Assembly (NCBI GenBank): GCA_030390025.1
Contig: CM059433.1
Coordinates: 18,106,001 to 18,170,000 of the forward strand
Length of the DNA stretch: 64,000 nt
Reading direction: 5' to 3'
Origin: Squalus acanthias
Lineage: Eukaryota
Shown piece by piece: positions 22,960-35,493 of the stretch (the first letter of the stretch is position 1; each line of letters begins with the position of its first letter). Made by a program: the position numbers and the translations under genes. The notes beneath the pieces were generated by a model. That model did not search any database, was not told the origin of the DNA, and worked only from the letters and a program-made list of their open reading frames with translations.

Positions 22960-23505
22960 GGGCTGGATTTTCATTGACCCGTGGAGGCGGGTTTGGAGGC
23001 GTGTTAAAATTGCAAAAAGTGGCGGGCGGGCACAAGTCCGCCTCCATCCCGCCTCCACGCAATTTTGATGAAATCGTGTCTGCTCGTCCCGCCTGCGTCC
23101 CGCCTTTAAGAGACGGGATAGGCTGTTAAGGCCCTTAACAAGGACTAAATTGGCTCTATAATGCCATTTTGAAAGGCCTTTGTGATTTTAACTCTCTCTC
23201 TCTCTCTTCTCTTCTCTTCTTTCTTTTTCTCTCTCTCTCTCTCCTCAGCTCATTTTGCATCCAGATCCTCTCACACCAAAGGCCAGGCAGTCTCTGAAGA
23301 CCTTCAATGCAGCAGCAATGATGACATCATCAGAGGCGACTTTCAGACTGAAAACACTAATTGGTGCATCGGTTCCCACATGCTGGAACTCAATTGCCCA
23401 ATTAGGTGAAAATTCCATCAATCTCCCACATCCAATTGCAGTCGGGTGGATAACACGAAAAGTGATGACACGACCCCAACCCGCCCCAGTATCAAAATCC
23501 AGCCC
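22960..23505. mobile_element. Harbinger-type MITE, ends resembling Harbinger 1
   Basis: TIRs gggctggatttt / aaaatccagccc, TSD tct/tct, subterminal ggaggcgggtttg as in element 1. Confidence 0.85.
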
Positions 23506-24128
23506 TCTGTGTCTGTCTCTGTCAATGGGCTTCCACATGTAGAAAAATTAAGAATTAATCCAACAAGGCAGTATAGGGTTAAAAATTCATTTTGTTTGGT
23601 ACCTGGGAAATCTCAAAAAGACAAGTGATTCTGTGGTTTGAAACAATGTAAGCCAGAGAGGCCAAGGCAATAAAAAGACCAAATTGCTAAAGTGTCCTGT
23701 ATTTATTGACTGTATTACTGCACTAGAGCATCCAAGCTTAACAACTGTTCCTGAGAAAACATTCTGACAACAGATGTTCAAAACATGATCCAGCTGGAGA
23801 AGGTGCTGTTCGTCTCCAAAACCCATAAAATGGATGAATTAGCAGATGGAGCCCTCCAACTATCGGTGGGATGTGTAGCTCGAACCAGCAGCAGTCCTGA
23901 CGTTTTAGCACCACAAAAAAAACATTAAAAAAACCAAATTAAAGGTCTAAAAAGTATTTTTGTAAGTTAAGAAGAGAAAGGCAAAGTCTCAATTCCGAAA
24001 TAGGGGTACAAGATCAGCCAACGTCCTTTGAATTGGTTTGAGGTTCCTGCTGAGCTAACAAAGGAGGAGATGCCTGATCAACCAGACATGACATGACAGA
24101 GTATTGCGCAGAACTCACAAAAGTCATA

Positions 24129-26440
24129 GAGCTGAAAATTCGAAGGGCCTAACGCCACACGTTACCGGCAAAAAAGTTGCGTTAAGAGGACGGCCGCCAC
24201 TCTTTCGCCAGCTGGTGCCGGGTCCCGCGGCGTCCTCCATTTTCCCAGGCCCGGCAGCGCTGCCAGTAAGATCCAGCTCCCTGCAAAGTAAAATGAGGGA
24301 GAGGTGAAGTAACGTCGCCACAGCGAACCTCAGCGCTGGATTCTAAGCTCACCGTGTAAACCCAGCGTGCAGCAGAATGACAGAGGCGCTGCCGGCACCT
24401 CTTAAAGGGACACACACATCTTTCAGGTGAGTTTGCATTTAAGCTTTTGGACTTTTAAATTTTTTTTATTGAAGTAGTGACTCGCTGCAATACATGTTAA
24501 TACATGTTAAAAAAATGTTAAGTGTGTAGGGAGTGCAGCTGGATGCTTGCAAGGCCTCAGATGATAAAGGAAGGCCTCTGAGAAGACAAAAAATGCTGCA
24601 ACTACTCAGCAGGTCAATCAACATCCGTGGAGAGAGTTCACGTCTCAGGTCAAGATGCTGCCTGACCTGCTGAGTATTTCCAGCATTTTATGCTGTCATT
24701 CCAGATTTACAGCATCCACTCGCAGAGGGAAGAGGAAGATGCAGAAGAGGAAGAATCAGAAGAGGAAGAATCATTAGAGGAGGAAGCAGAAGAGGAGGAA
24801 GCAGAAGAGGAGGAAACAGAAGAGGAGGAAACAGAAGAGGAAAATGCAGAAAAGGAGGATGCAGAAGGAAGGTTGCAACCCAGACAGCCCCTTTCTGTCC
24901 GGAATATCCGGGATGGAATCATCTGCCTGCGGTACAAGTGACCACAACCCCAATTCCCCTTTCAATATTAGTCCCACACTTTACCTTCCCTCTGTTACTG
25001 ACCATCACAGCGTCCTCTTGGCCACAATGCTGAAATAAAAGCCACCACAAAGCAAACTTTCCAATCCAACTTTATACATCTATCCATCCAATATGACATC
25101 AAGAAATCAACTCATCGCCCTTATGCATTCTCTTAGTGACTGTCTTGTGTGTGCCTTTGCCTACCCTACTGATGTCATGCAGTGCTACCACAGTGGCTGC
25201 AGCATGGCTGGTGGAAGGCTGCTGACTTTCAGTGGGGGACACTGCAAATGGCCTTGCTGGTCGACCTAGAGGAGCTGGTGGCTGGGAGTGTCATATCAAG
25301 TGACGGTGTTTCTTCTTCTTCTTCTTCATCACTCTCCTCTCCCTTTTCTTGGCCAACCACTGGCTGCATTTCTTGGGTGTGTGAAATGAGGAAGGCACAA
25401 GAGTGGAGTTGTGGTGAGGGGAGGGTGGTAAAGCAAGAGGTGCAGCCAGAAGTAGGATAACATATGAGGATACCAGCATCTTGTATCCTTTCTGCCCCGC
25501 CGCTGGCCAAGGGCTCAGCCATGCCCCTGTCAAGAATGGCCAACACCGTCTCCTCCAAGGGAGTGAGATGAGGCTAGGAATGTGAGGTGTGCCTCGTGAT
25601 TGGTACAGATTTTTGATAGGTGAGTGATTGGGGGGTGGGGGGGAGTCGTACATTGAGCAGTGTGTGAGGCTGGTCGTGCAGTTGGTAGGAGACGGCTTTT
25701 GAAGATGCATTCACTGACCTTGACCAGTGGTCTGAGGTCATAAAGCTTCTTTGGGCACTGGAGCCAGGTGGTGGGGGCAACACTGCTGGCAGTGATGGCC
25801 TCAGTGATGTGGTTCCACATTGTTCTTTCTGGAGGGCCTCCTGGACCCTATGGGTAGAGGACCTCTCTTGCAGTGTTGACCCCCTGCACAAAGATGGCAT
25901 GCTGCGTGTGAGACCCTGAGTGCCCCTTCCCTGGCTTGCTGAGCCATTTGTGTTAGTGCTGAAGCACTTTTCCGATTTTTTGAGGTTGGGAGGGGAATTC
26001 AGCTTTAAGAGCTGAAGACTCCCATTTGGGACTTTTTAATGTTAATTTTTTTTTAAGGCAGTAAGGACTAAAAACTGCATTTTTTCACTTCATTTTAATT
26101 TTTATTCGTTCAGAAGGCCTTTAGTTCAGCAGGCCATTTTAATGCATTGCCCTTTTAATGCATTGCCCTTTTAATTTCCCACAATGCCTGGCGAACTCTA
26201 TTGCCTCGTTCCCAGAGGCTGTTGGAAGCTGGAACGCCGCTCCTGGACGGGAACTTCGACTCCCATGCCTGTACTAACGCCACTAGGAGCGCATTACATG
26301 GTAAGTTAGTGCTGGGCTACAAATCTTTAGCCCCCCAGCACAAATTTTTCTCTTGTAGCGCTTCGTCCATTTTCAGCGGCCGTTAACCCGAGGCCACGGT
26401 GACACCAGCAACTCTCGTGGCGGCCACAAATTTTTAGCCC
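24129..26440 (+). mobile_element. Non-autonomous Harbinger derivative: transposase deleted and replaced by a Penelope hairpin, with Myb-like gene remnant on -
   Basis: TIRs gagctgaaaatt / aatttttagccc, TSD ata/ata. Acidic transposase C-terminal tail at 24720-24941. Myb-like remnant (WNHITEAI...WLQCPKKLYDL) at about 25715-25900(-). Confidence 0.8.
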
Positions 26441-27664
26441 ATAATCTACGTACCATAATCAGCCCATCTCACAGAGATGTAACCAGACTGCCATAATAGA
26501 GGATTCAACTTCAACCCAATGATATAACCATTTTCAGAGCTAGAAATCTATAAGCATTTTTTTTTTTACCAATACTATATACTTAAATATGATTGCTTTC
26601 AATCGTGCTGCTATATAACTGCAAAAGAGTGTAATCCACAGAAGCAGGTTCTGAATTGAGTCATCTTCTCTTATATTAAGGCTGACTGAGTTAAGTCATA
26701 CTAAATTGAATCCAGCCAATACTGTGCTTTTTGTTTGTAATTCTAAAACCATTTTTGTACTATTTGCGACTATGACTCTAATAAAATGATCTCTATGTGC
26801 ATAAAGCGAGGAAAATAGGATGAGTGATACAACTTTGTGTTACTTTTCATTTCTTTATTTCTGGTCATTCAGAGTTGCATGGTTTTCATCCTATGGTGCA
26901 CTTTACTCAAGCTGCTGGAGGAATATAATCTTAATTAATATTACTCGGGTAGGTTAATGCAGGATGATGTAAAAGAGCCAATTATAGCATTACAAATGAA
27001 ACCCTAGACATACAACGATAAATTCTGATATATTTCCTACATCAGTTGTGGACATGGTAATGCCAGGATTTTCCTGTTAATCGTCTCAACATTAACGGGT
27101 GCTCGGGTCCAAAATTTGGGTTTCTAATCTTAACGAGGGCTCGGCTCCAAATCACACATTAAATCACCCCTAAATCATTTGCATCACAAACCCATAGACT
27201 TCCACAGCTACTTGGATTATTTCTTCTCACCCTCCTTCCTGGAAAGACTCCATCCCTGTCTTTCAGTTTCTCTGTCTGCATGATGATGACTCCGCATTTT
27301 GCACCAGAGTTTTTTTTCCCCTCAACTGGTGTTTTCCCTCCCCTGTGACCACCCATTCTTTTTGCCATGCCTTTGCTTTCGCTCCCTTTGTCTTCCCTGA
27401 TGCTGACTTTTCATCTCATTAGCTTTCATATCTGATAGATCATCCCCTTAAAATCTGCAGTCTAATCTCACCACCAAGCACATCTTCTCCCTCTCCATTT
27501 TCCAGAAGAACCGTTCACTCCACAATGCCCTTGATTATTCTTACACCAGCCCCACTTCCGGCAGTCCTTCCCCTGATACTTTGCCATGCAACCCAACAGA
27601 CGCAACGCTGCCTCTCCCCACTCCATTGTCCAGAGACTTAAACACGCCTTGCTTAATTCTTAAT

Positions 27665-28060
27665 ACAACAACAACAACTTGTATTTATATAGCACCTTTA
27701 ACGTAGTAAACGTCCCAAGGCGCTGCATAGGAGTATTTAGACACCGATCCACATAAGGATAAATTAGGGCAGGTGACCAAAAGCTTGGTCAAAGAGGTAG
27801 GTTTTAAGGAATATCCTAAAGGAGGAAAGAGAGGTAGTGAGGCGGAGAGGTTTAGGCAGGGAATTCCAGAGCTTAGGGCCTAGGCAACAGAAGGCACAGT
27901 CACCATTGGTTGAGCGATTATAATCAGGGATGCTCAACAGGGCAGAATTAGAGGAGCGCAGATATCTCGGGGGGTTGTGGGGCTGATGGAGATTACAGAG
28001 CTAGGAAGGGGGCGAGGCCATGGAGGGATTTGAAAACAAGGATGAGAATTTTGAAATACT
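27665..28060 (-). mobile_element. L2-type LINE 3' end
   Basis: (aac)n tail and ggtcaaagaggtaggttttaagga (LKTYLF motif on -). Related copies at 31520-31960(+) and 49880-50210(+). Confidence 0.8.
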
Positions 28061-28484
28061 AACTTTTAGCTTTTGCCTGCTAAGTGAGTTTCAGTTAGAA
28101 GGCTGGAAATGTCAGTATTGTTTCCAATGAAATTAAAAGTTACCAGACAGAGACTTTAGCTGCTAAGCATTCAGCTACAAGATTTCTTTGTCTGAGCCTC
28201 ATAAATATCTCAGCTGACCTCCTAGGGATTAACTCCTCTTAGGACACATCTGAACAAGGCAAGTGATAACTCACCTGTAGGAGATTCTTGGACCCCAACT
28301 GTAACTGATTCCTGTTGAAACTGAAGTCCAGCTAATTGAATGAGGTAATACTTTGAAACATGCAGATTCTCACGTAGCCAGAGTGAAAGAAAGGTTTAAA
28401 AAGAGGGAGGTTAGAATAGATACTTCAGAATTTGCCAAGGCTTGACCAGCCATTCCCCTCAAGCTCGAAATCTGTGACACAATT

Positions 28485-29249
28485 GGCCCAGAAATTCAGG
28501 TCGGAGGCTTCCCGCGGGTGCAAGCATAGCGGGTGCACTTACATAGCGCGCCTGCCGTTGTGCTGTGGGCCCGCGTGGGATTCCGATCCTGGGCCTCCTC
28601 CAGCTGCCGGTGTGCAGTGCTCGCGTATCCCAGCGGCAAAGCTAGTTCGCAGCATCCCCTGGGATCACGTGGGCCATGGGGAGCCAATCGGAGCAGGGAA
28701 TCTCCATTCATAGATTTGACAGGAAGACCTGTCAAATCTATGAATAGAGATCGGCCCCAAAACCTAAGTAAAACTTCAAATAATTTTTTTTTTCAATCGC
28801 ATTTTTAAAATAACTATAAATTACATAAATTAACTACTTTAAACAAAAATTTAAATTTTTGAAAAAATTTATTAGTTTTTAACGGGCCTAAAAATAAACT
28901 TACCTTTCTTTAAAAGTATTTAAAAATGATAAACCTGTGGAAAAAAATGTTTCAATTTTACTTAATTCACCTCTTACCTTGTTAAAAGGCCTTGCGCCTG
29001 CTTTTTCCACACGCAGCTGCTAAGGACTTACCCGCACGGAGAATCCTGTAAAAAAAAAAAATCCGAAGTTCGCTGCGTGCGCGCTGCCTCTCCGGTGCAC
29101 GCGGTTGACCCTCGAACCCCTTCTTTCACGAGACCGGAAGTTCCGGTTTCCCGTGCATGCGCAGTGCATGCGCGAAACCGGCACTTCCGGTGGCCTTACA
29201 GGTGAGCACACAGCGCGTACTCACCCGTGGAGACCCGAATTTCTGGGCC
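28485..29249 (-). mobile_element. Harbinger-type MITE, family A, copy 4
   Basis: TIRs ggcccagaaattc / gaatttctgggcc. Reverse complement of copy 3. Flanks att/aat. Confidence 0.85.
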
Positions 29250-30527
29250 AATATTGAATTCTCTGGTAATTTGTTTAACCATAAGTGTCTCAAGTATATG
29301 TGTAAATCTTATTAGTAATAGTTATCATTGTATATACGTAGTTATTGGTAATAATAGTTATCATTGTATGCTGAATTCCTATGAAAGCCAATAAATGCCT
29401 TTGAACCCTATTATCTTGTGGAATAATTCATAAACTTATATGTAAAAACATCCATTCCCTAACTCTTGTGAGCTATCAATTTGCATGCACTTCCTCCAAT
29501 TTAGTATGCTGCACTTACTGCTTATGGTGTGGTCTACCTTACATTGAGGAAACCAAACGTAGGTTGGGTGACTGCTTTGTCAAATGTGTCTTGTGTCCGC
29601 AAGTGACTTGCCATTTCAAAACCTCTTCCCAATACCATTGCAACCTGTACACCTACACTGTTTCAACCAAGCCCAAAACAGAATTCAGCTACGAGGTCTC
29701 ATCTTTCTCCTTGTCACTCTGCTCTGATCTAAACCGTGTAGCAACGTCAGACCTTAGATGTCTTCCCCCATTTTTCTGTTCCTCCCACCTTCCACTTAAT
29801 TCGTCTCATTTTTGGAGCCGTTTTATACCCCTTCCACTTTCGTCTTTCCACGCTGTTTTCACTCCCTTTTTGCCTTTCATTGTGTAAATGAGGTAACTTT
29901 TGCATATTATCCAGCACTTTTCACCTCTCTATAGCTTTAAAAAAAAAACTGTTCATAACCTGTTAAACTCATTTACTGCTGCTTTCGCAATAGGAGTCAG
30001 AACCTTATCTGTTCTGTCGCTCCTTCCATTCATTTTGTTCAGTCCTGTCCTGTCCGGGTCACTTATCTCCTCGACCTTTCCAGTTCCAATAAAGAGTCAG
30101 CACCAAAAGGTAATTTAAGGTTTCTCTTTATAGATGTCGATAAACCTGCTGTGTATTTCCAGGATTTTTCTGTTTTAATTTCAGATTTCCAGCATTTGCT
30201 TTTATTTAATCACTACAGTTCAGGTAACATGGCTAAACCAAGCACATTTTTCCTTCAATTCAATATTAGGGATCACTTCTCAAAATAATTATGGGAAGGT
30301 CACTGATTACCACTTATCATCAGTGGGAGAGCTCATCCATTATGTGAATGTACATTGGCATTATTACACTGTGGTGGAAAATTATTTTTGACATTAAATC
30401 AACTCTGATTAATTAATGGTGCTAAATACGGCTTAATAGTAATGCCCACAGATGCTAAAGGCTTGTTATCTTAAGTGTTTTGTTACAGCTTCTTCGACAA
30501 CTTAGGAAGTTTATTTGATTATCTATA

Positions 30528-30755
30528 TAGAATCATAGAATCTTACAGCACAGAAGGAGCTCTTTGAAAGAGCTTATCCAATTCGGCCCACCACCCCAGC
30601 TTTTTCCCCATAACCCTGCAAATTAGTCCTCTTCAAGTACATGTCCAATTGCCTTTTAAAAATTCCTATGGTATCTGATTCCACCAGCCTTTCAGGTAGA
30701 GCGTTCCAGATCTTGACAACACTCTGCGTGAAAATATTTCTCCTCGTTGCCCCTC
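30528..30755 (-). mobile_element. CR1 3' end fragment
   Basis: RRNIFTQSVVKIWNALP...FKRQLD and atagaatc tail. Confidence 0.8.
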
Positions 30756-31138
30756 TGACCAAGACATTCCAGGTTCGCTCTATCATCTGTGTTAAGTTAG
30801 CTGATCTCAGCCTGATGCTGTGGAGGTGCTTCAGTGCCTCTGTGTCAGGAAGGGGGACATAGTAATCGGCTAAAGTCCCGCTCCTGATCCGCGTTTAGTC
30901 ACTCATGCTGGAAGTGCATGTATGGTAACATCGGGAGATGACAGAATTGTACTCAGTTGTCATACTCTGTCAAGGCTCATATATACGACAAAGAGCCACT
31001 TTTGGAAGGCACTAGAGGGCAATCATAAACTCATACCAAGCAAGGTCTCGATGGCTTCACAAGAGGATGTGAGATAATTGCCACTGGTGTGAATGAAAGT
31101 ATTCTGTAAACTTTTTTTTCATTTATTTACAAAAACAT

Positions 31139-31460
31139 GACAAGGCTTCTTCGGCAGCACCTCCCAAACCCGCGACCTCTACCACCTAGAAGGTCAGGGC
31201 AGCAGGCGCATGGAACACCATCACCTGCAAGTTCCCCTCCAAGTTACACACCATCCTGACTTGGAAATATATCGGCGTTCTTCATCGTCGCTGGGTCAAA
31301 ATCCTGGAACTCCCTACCTAACAGAAGTGTGGGAGTACCTTCACCACACGGACTGCAGCGGTCCAAGAAGGCGGCTCACCACCACCTTCTCAAGGGCAAC
31401 TAGGGATGGGCAATAAATGCTGGCCTTGTCCGCGATGCCCACATCCCGTGAATGAATAAA
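31139..31460 (+). mobile_element. CR1/L2-group LINE 3' end (same family as 2925-3624)
   Basis: Near-identical to 3297-3620. Confidence 0.85.
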
Positions 31461-31519
31461 CTAAAAGATGTAAACTGTATTCAAATGCATCACTGCAGCT
31501 CCCAGTGACTCAACACTGT

Positions 31520-31960
31520 ACTGTTCACCCATCACCCATGTGCTCACTGACCGACTTTGGCTCCCAGTCTGGCAACGCCTCGATTGTAAAATTCTCATCC
31601 TTGTTTTCAAATCCCTCCATGGCCTCGCCCCTTCCTATCTCTGTAACCTTCTGCAGCCGTACAACCCTCTGAGATCTCTAATTATGGCCTCTTGCGCATC
31701 CCGATTTTCATCGCTCCACCATTGGTGGCCGTGCCTTCAGCTGCCTAAGCTCTGGAATTCCCTCCCTAAACCTCGCCGCCTCGCTACCTCTCTCTCCTCC
31801 TTTAAGATGCTCCTTAAAACCTACCTCTTTGACCAAGCTTTTGGTTGCCTGTCCAAATATCTCTTTTTTGTGTTTGATAACGCTCCTGTGAAGCACCTTG
31901 GGAAGTTTACTATGTTAAAGGCGCTGTATAAATGAAAGTTGTTACTGTGGTTGTTGTACA
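31520..31960 (+). mobile_element. L2 LINE 3' end
   Basis: WLPV..R...KILILVFKSLHGLAPSYL, KLWNSLP, FK.LLKTYLF. Confidence 0.85.
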
Positions 31961-32020
31961 ACCCAGTATTGTACTGAGCCACACAGAACAGGAAGCTCCC
32001 GGGTTCAATCCAGTGGAATA

Positions 32021-33039
32021 GAGCTGGAATTTTGAACCCCTGTGGATTTCTGGGTGTAAGCGTAGACACGCGGACACTGCATCCGCAACTCTGATGTCCA
32101 CGCAAAACACGGACAGTTGGATTCTTTGCCGTGATGCAGCATCATGAACACCCTTGCATCACAAATGTTTGCAACAGGCAACAACGGACTGAACTCCACA
32201 AGGAAATGCAAAGGCCCGCGCAGCCCTGGACCAGCTTTTCCGATGGTAAATTTTGCTCATGCGTGAACCCGTGAGTGGGCCATGCAGCCCCTTAAAGGGG
32301 CCACGCACCCAAAAAAAAATTAGGGGGAACATTGGTTGCAGTCACTGGTACCGCAGGCGGATGATTCCATCCCAGATATCCAGGCTAGAAAGGGGCTGTC
32401 TGGGTTACATCCTTCCTTCCTCTTCCTCCTCTTCTGCGTCTTCCTCTTCTGCGTCTTCCTCTTCCCTCTGTGAGCGGATGCTGGAAATCTGAAATAAAAG
32501 CGGAAAATGATGGAAATACTCAGCAGGTCAGGTAGCATCTCCAGACATGACCTCTGTTTCTCTCTCCACAGATGCTGCCTGACCTGCTGAGTATTTCCAG
32601 CATTTTCCGTCTTCTCAGAGGCCTTCCTTTACCATCTGAAGTCTTGCAAGCGTCCAATAGCACTTCCTGCACACTTTAAAAACTTTTAACATCGATTGCA
32701 CCAAGCCACTACTTCAATAAAATATTTTTTAAAAGTCCAAAAACTTAAATCCAAACTTATCTGAAAGATGTGTGTGTCCCATCTCTGCAGGGCTGCTACA
32801 TGCACGCTTTTCAGAGCGTGCTTTGGACCCGGCGGTAAACACAGCGAAAAGGTCAAAGTTTGCAGACGCGGCGTTAAGTCGGCATTGCACGCCAACTGAC
32901 GTCACACTCTGCTCATTTACATTTCTGGGGCCAGTGGTTACCGTGTCCCCCGCTGGAGGCGGGCGGAAGTGAGGCGGCCACCATTTTTTCCCCAAAATGG
33001 GCTTTAACGGCCAGCGCAAACAGTGCAAATTTCTAGGCC
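32021..33039 (-). mobile_element. Shorter relative of the 24129-26440 Harbinger derivative, with the same captured Penelope hairpin
   Basis: Reverse complement of 32340-32780 aligns with 24400-24945, including both junctions. TIR-like ends gagctggaattt / aaatttctaggcc. Confidence 0.8.
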
Positions 33040-33330
33040 ATGGATTTTAAATGAGAGGCGAGAGGGGTGGAACAAGGTAAGATGCTTAACGGAGAAGTTG
33101 CCAGAGGAGGAGGGGGACAGACCAAGGTGTGATTTGGTGATAAGGGCTACACCGCCACCGCGGCAGTTTGGGCGAGGCAAGTGGAGGACGGTATTGCCAG
33201 GAAGAGAGGCTTCATTAAGGGGGAAGGGGTCATCACCCCTCAGCCAGGTTTCTGTCAAGGCCATGATGTCGATATGATCATCCACAATAAGCTCATGGAT
33301 GGCAAGGGCCTTGTTCACAAGTGAACACAG
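33040..33330 (-). mobile_element. L2 LINE APE endonuclease fragment
   Basis: IDIMALTETWL, PRPNCRGGGVALI. Confidence 0.85.
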
Positions 33331-35283
33331 AGGGAGATGCGGAGAGGGGTGGTGATAGCTGATCTGCTGGCAGAGTCCATTAAGCCAGCACTGGGAGCAA
33401 TGATTGGACCAGAAGGAGGTTGGTAAAATTAGCCCCCAGCGAGCGCAGTTGGGTTTGCTGCTGGTAAGGAGGCAATGATGAGTGCCTAGCTGGGCCCTTC
33501 GGAGGATGTCAAGAGAGAAGCTGTAGGATTATCGAAGAGGGAGTCAAGCCTGGGATGGCAGCAGGAGAGTAGGAAAGTCGAAAGAGTGGTGAAGGTTTGG
33601 GATAGGGATTTGGGAGGGTAGAGTACCTGAGAGGGGAGAAGCGAAAGGAGGCACGATGACAGGAGAGAGGGGCCTAGGAGGGATAAAGGGAAAAGAAAAG
33701 AAGAAAAAAAGGGGAAATAGAAGTGATGGGCTTGTGTCCGGAGTGGCAGCCAAAACACGCAAGCGAATGGACACAGGGAAACTCAAGCTGCACTGGCGTG
33801 GTTACATGCAAGATCAAGATAGATATGTTCTGGTAATAAACGGGGAATAGAGAGGAGACAACAGGAGGGAATCCAGAGTTAAAGTCAGAGGTCAAATAAA
33901 GTTGATGTAACTAGGGTGGAATCCAGGTGTGGAGACAGTTGTGGAGGGCGAGTATGTCCAGAAGCTATTCGAAGGGCAGGGCACTAAAGTAGCTATTTCC
34001 ATGAAATTAAATATTTCCTGTGGCCATATTGAAACAGCTGGTGCATAGCCTTCCACATGAAGAATGGTGTTAGTAACACACCAGACAGCCACCAGCGGCT
34101 GAGGAAGGATCCCCCGGGAATCACTGCTGATAAATCTAAAAGCCACAGCAACCAAGTGCCGCTCTGGCCGCCATTGCTCCAACCGTCAAAAAACGGTAAT
34201 CCTCACAAAGAGTTGTTGCGTTATTGGGCACTTTTATATGGACTGTCTTCTAAGCTGTGAGCCAACATTCATGCTGTTAACTCTAGTTTCTGTAGCAGCA
34301 GACTTATAGACCCTGGAGCTGCATCAAGTGCTGCAGTCGGCCAATTGTTTTAACCTGCTGGAACCTCACTGGAACATTCATTCTGCCCATTTGGTGGAGA
34401 GGTGAAATGGAAATTGTACTGTACAGTTAAGTGCTGGGTTTGTGTTTTCTTTCCCCCACACAAGCCAACCTCTTAAAGGAGAAGGAAGTGTCAGATGCCT
34501 TACTTCTTCCCAGTCTGTGATGTTAACTGCTCTCCTTTGCATATCATGATTAGATAAACCCAGTCACTAATTTTCAGGGTCTAATGCACTTTAGAGATGT
34601 TCATTTCTTTTAGCCGATGATTTTTTTTTAGAATATCCACACACAACTGCACTGTCTAGACTCAAAAATCAAAATTCTAAACTACCAAAAGTTTCTGGCA
34701 AACGAAAGGTCAAGCCGGAATGCAACTCTTTCCCTTTGTTAGATGTGACCTGACAGCAAAGTAGCAGTGATCTCCAGAATTGCCACATCAATGTCATTGC
34801 TCTTGTACAGTCTAATTATTCAATGATTTAACTTATACGACATTCATATTGACAATTGCAGCACATCAGATGCTAACAGTTTAGCCCTGCGAGGAAATTT
34901 TCCAGCTGTGATATTCAAATATAAGAGCCACTGAATCATAAAATTATCCTTAAGGTCGCCGATCCTCTCAGTGACCTCAATTACAAAGAGGTGAAATGGC
35001 CTAGATAATTGAATACACCACACACAACCAGACCATTTACTAAGACTGTAATTATGCAGGTTCATTCTGGTGTGATCTGAGCATAGCATGGGAATTTTGA
35101 ATGTGCACATTTCCAGTTGCAAACATGGATGTACAAACTGCATCTGGAACACTGATTGTCCACACAAAACATAGGCAGTTGGCATCTATGCCATTCATAT
35201 TTGGCCTTCGCAGAGCAGCAGTTTCCAAGGCAATTTGGATTAAATCTGATGTATGCTGAGACTTCAAACTAGCCATATTATGA

Positions 35284-35493
35284 CAAAAGCAAAATACTGC
35301 GGATGCTGGAAATCTGAAATAAAAACAGAAAATGCTGGAAATACTCAGCAGGTCAGGCAGCATCTGTGGAGAGAGAAACAGAGTTAACGTTTCAGGTCGA
35401 TGACCCTTCGTCAGAACGTTAACTCTGTTTCTCTCTCCACAGATGCTGCCTGGCCTGCTGAGTATTTTCAGCATTTTCTGTTTTTATTTTAGT
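35284..35493. mobile_element. Fold-back Penelope mini-element with a hammerhead core in its loop
   Basis: 10-bp TSD catattatga at 35274-35283 and 35494-35503. About 75-bp inverted arms around tcaggtcgatgacccttcgtcag. Confidence 0.85.

Larger units (their letters stand above)
18864..30205 (+). mobile_element. Old Penelope-like element fragmented by nested insertions
   Basis: Collinear decayed pieces: pLTR-like 18864-18930; GLSFIP near 20465; RT near 22560-22780 (HFLQIK, GYVEHS); KP..HSYLDY / KDSIP near 27190-27270; GIY-YIG near 29480-29580 (CTSSNLV, CGLPYIEETKRRLGD); pLTR-like 30080-30205. Confidence 0.65.

Noticed and set aside
24690..24941. Glu-rich protein ORF
   Set aside because: Expanded GAA/GAG repeat from the acidic tail of a deleted Harbinger transposase.
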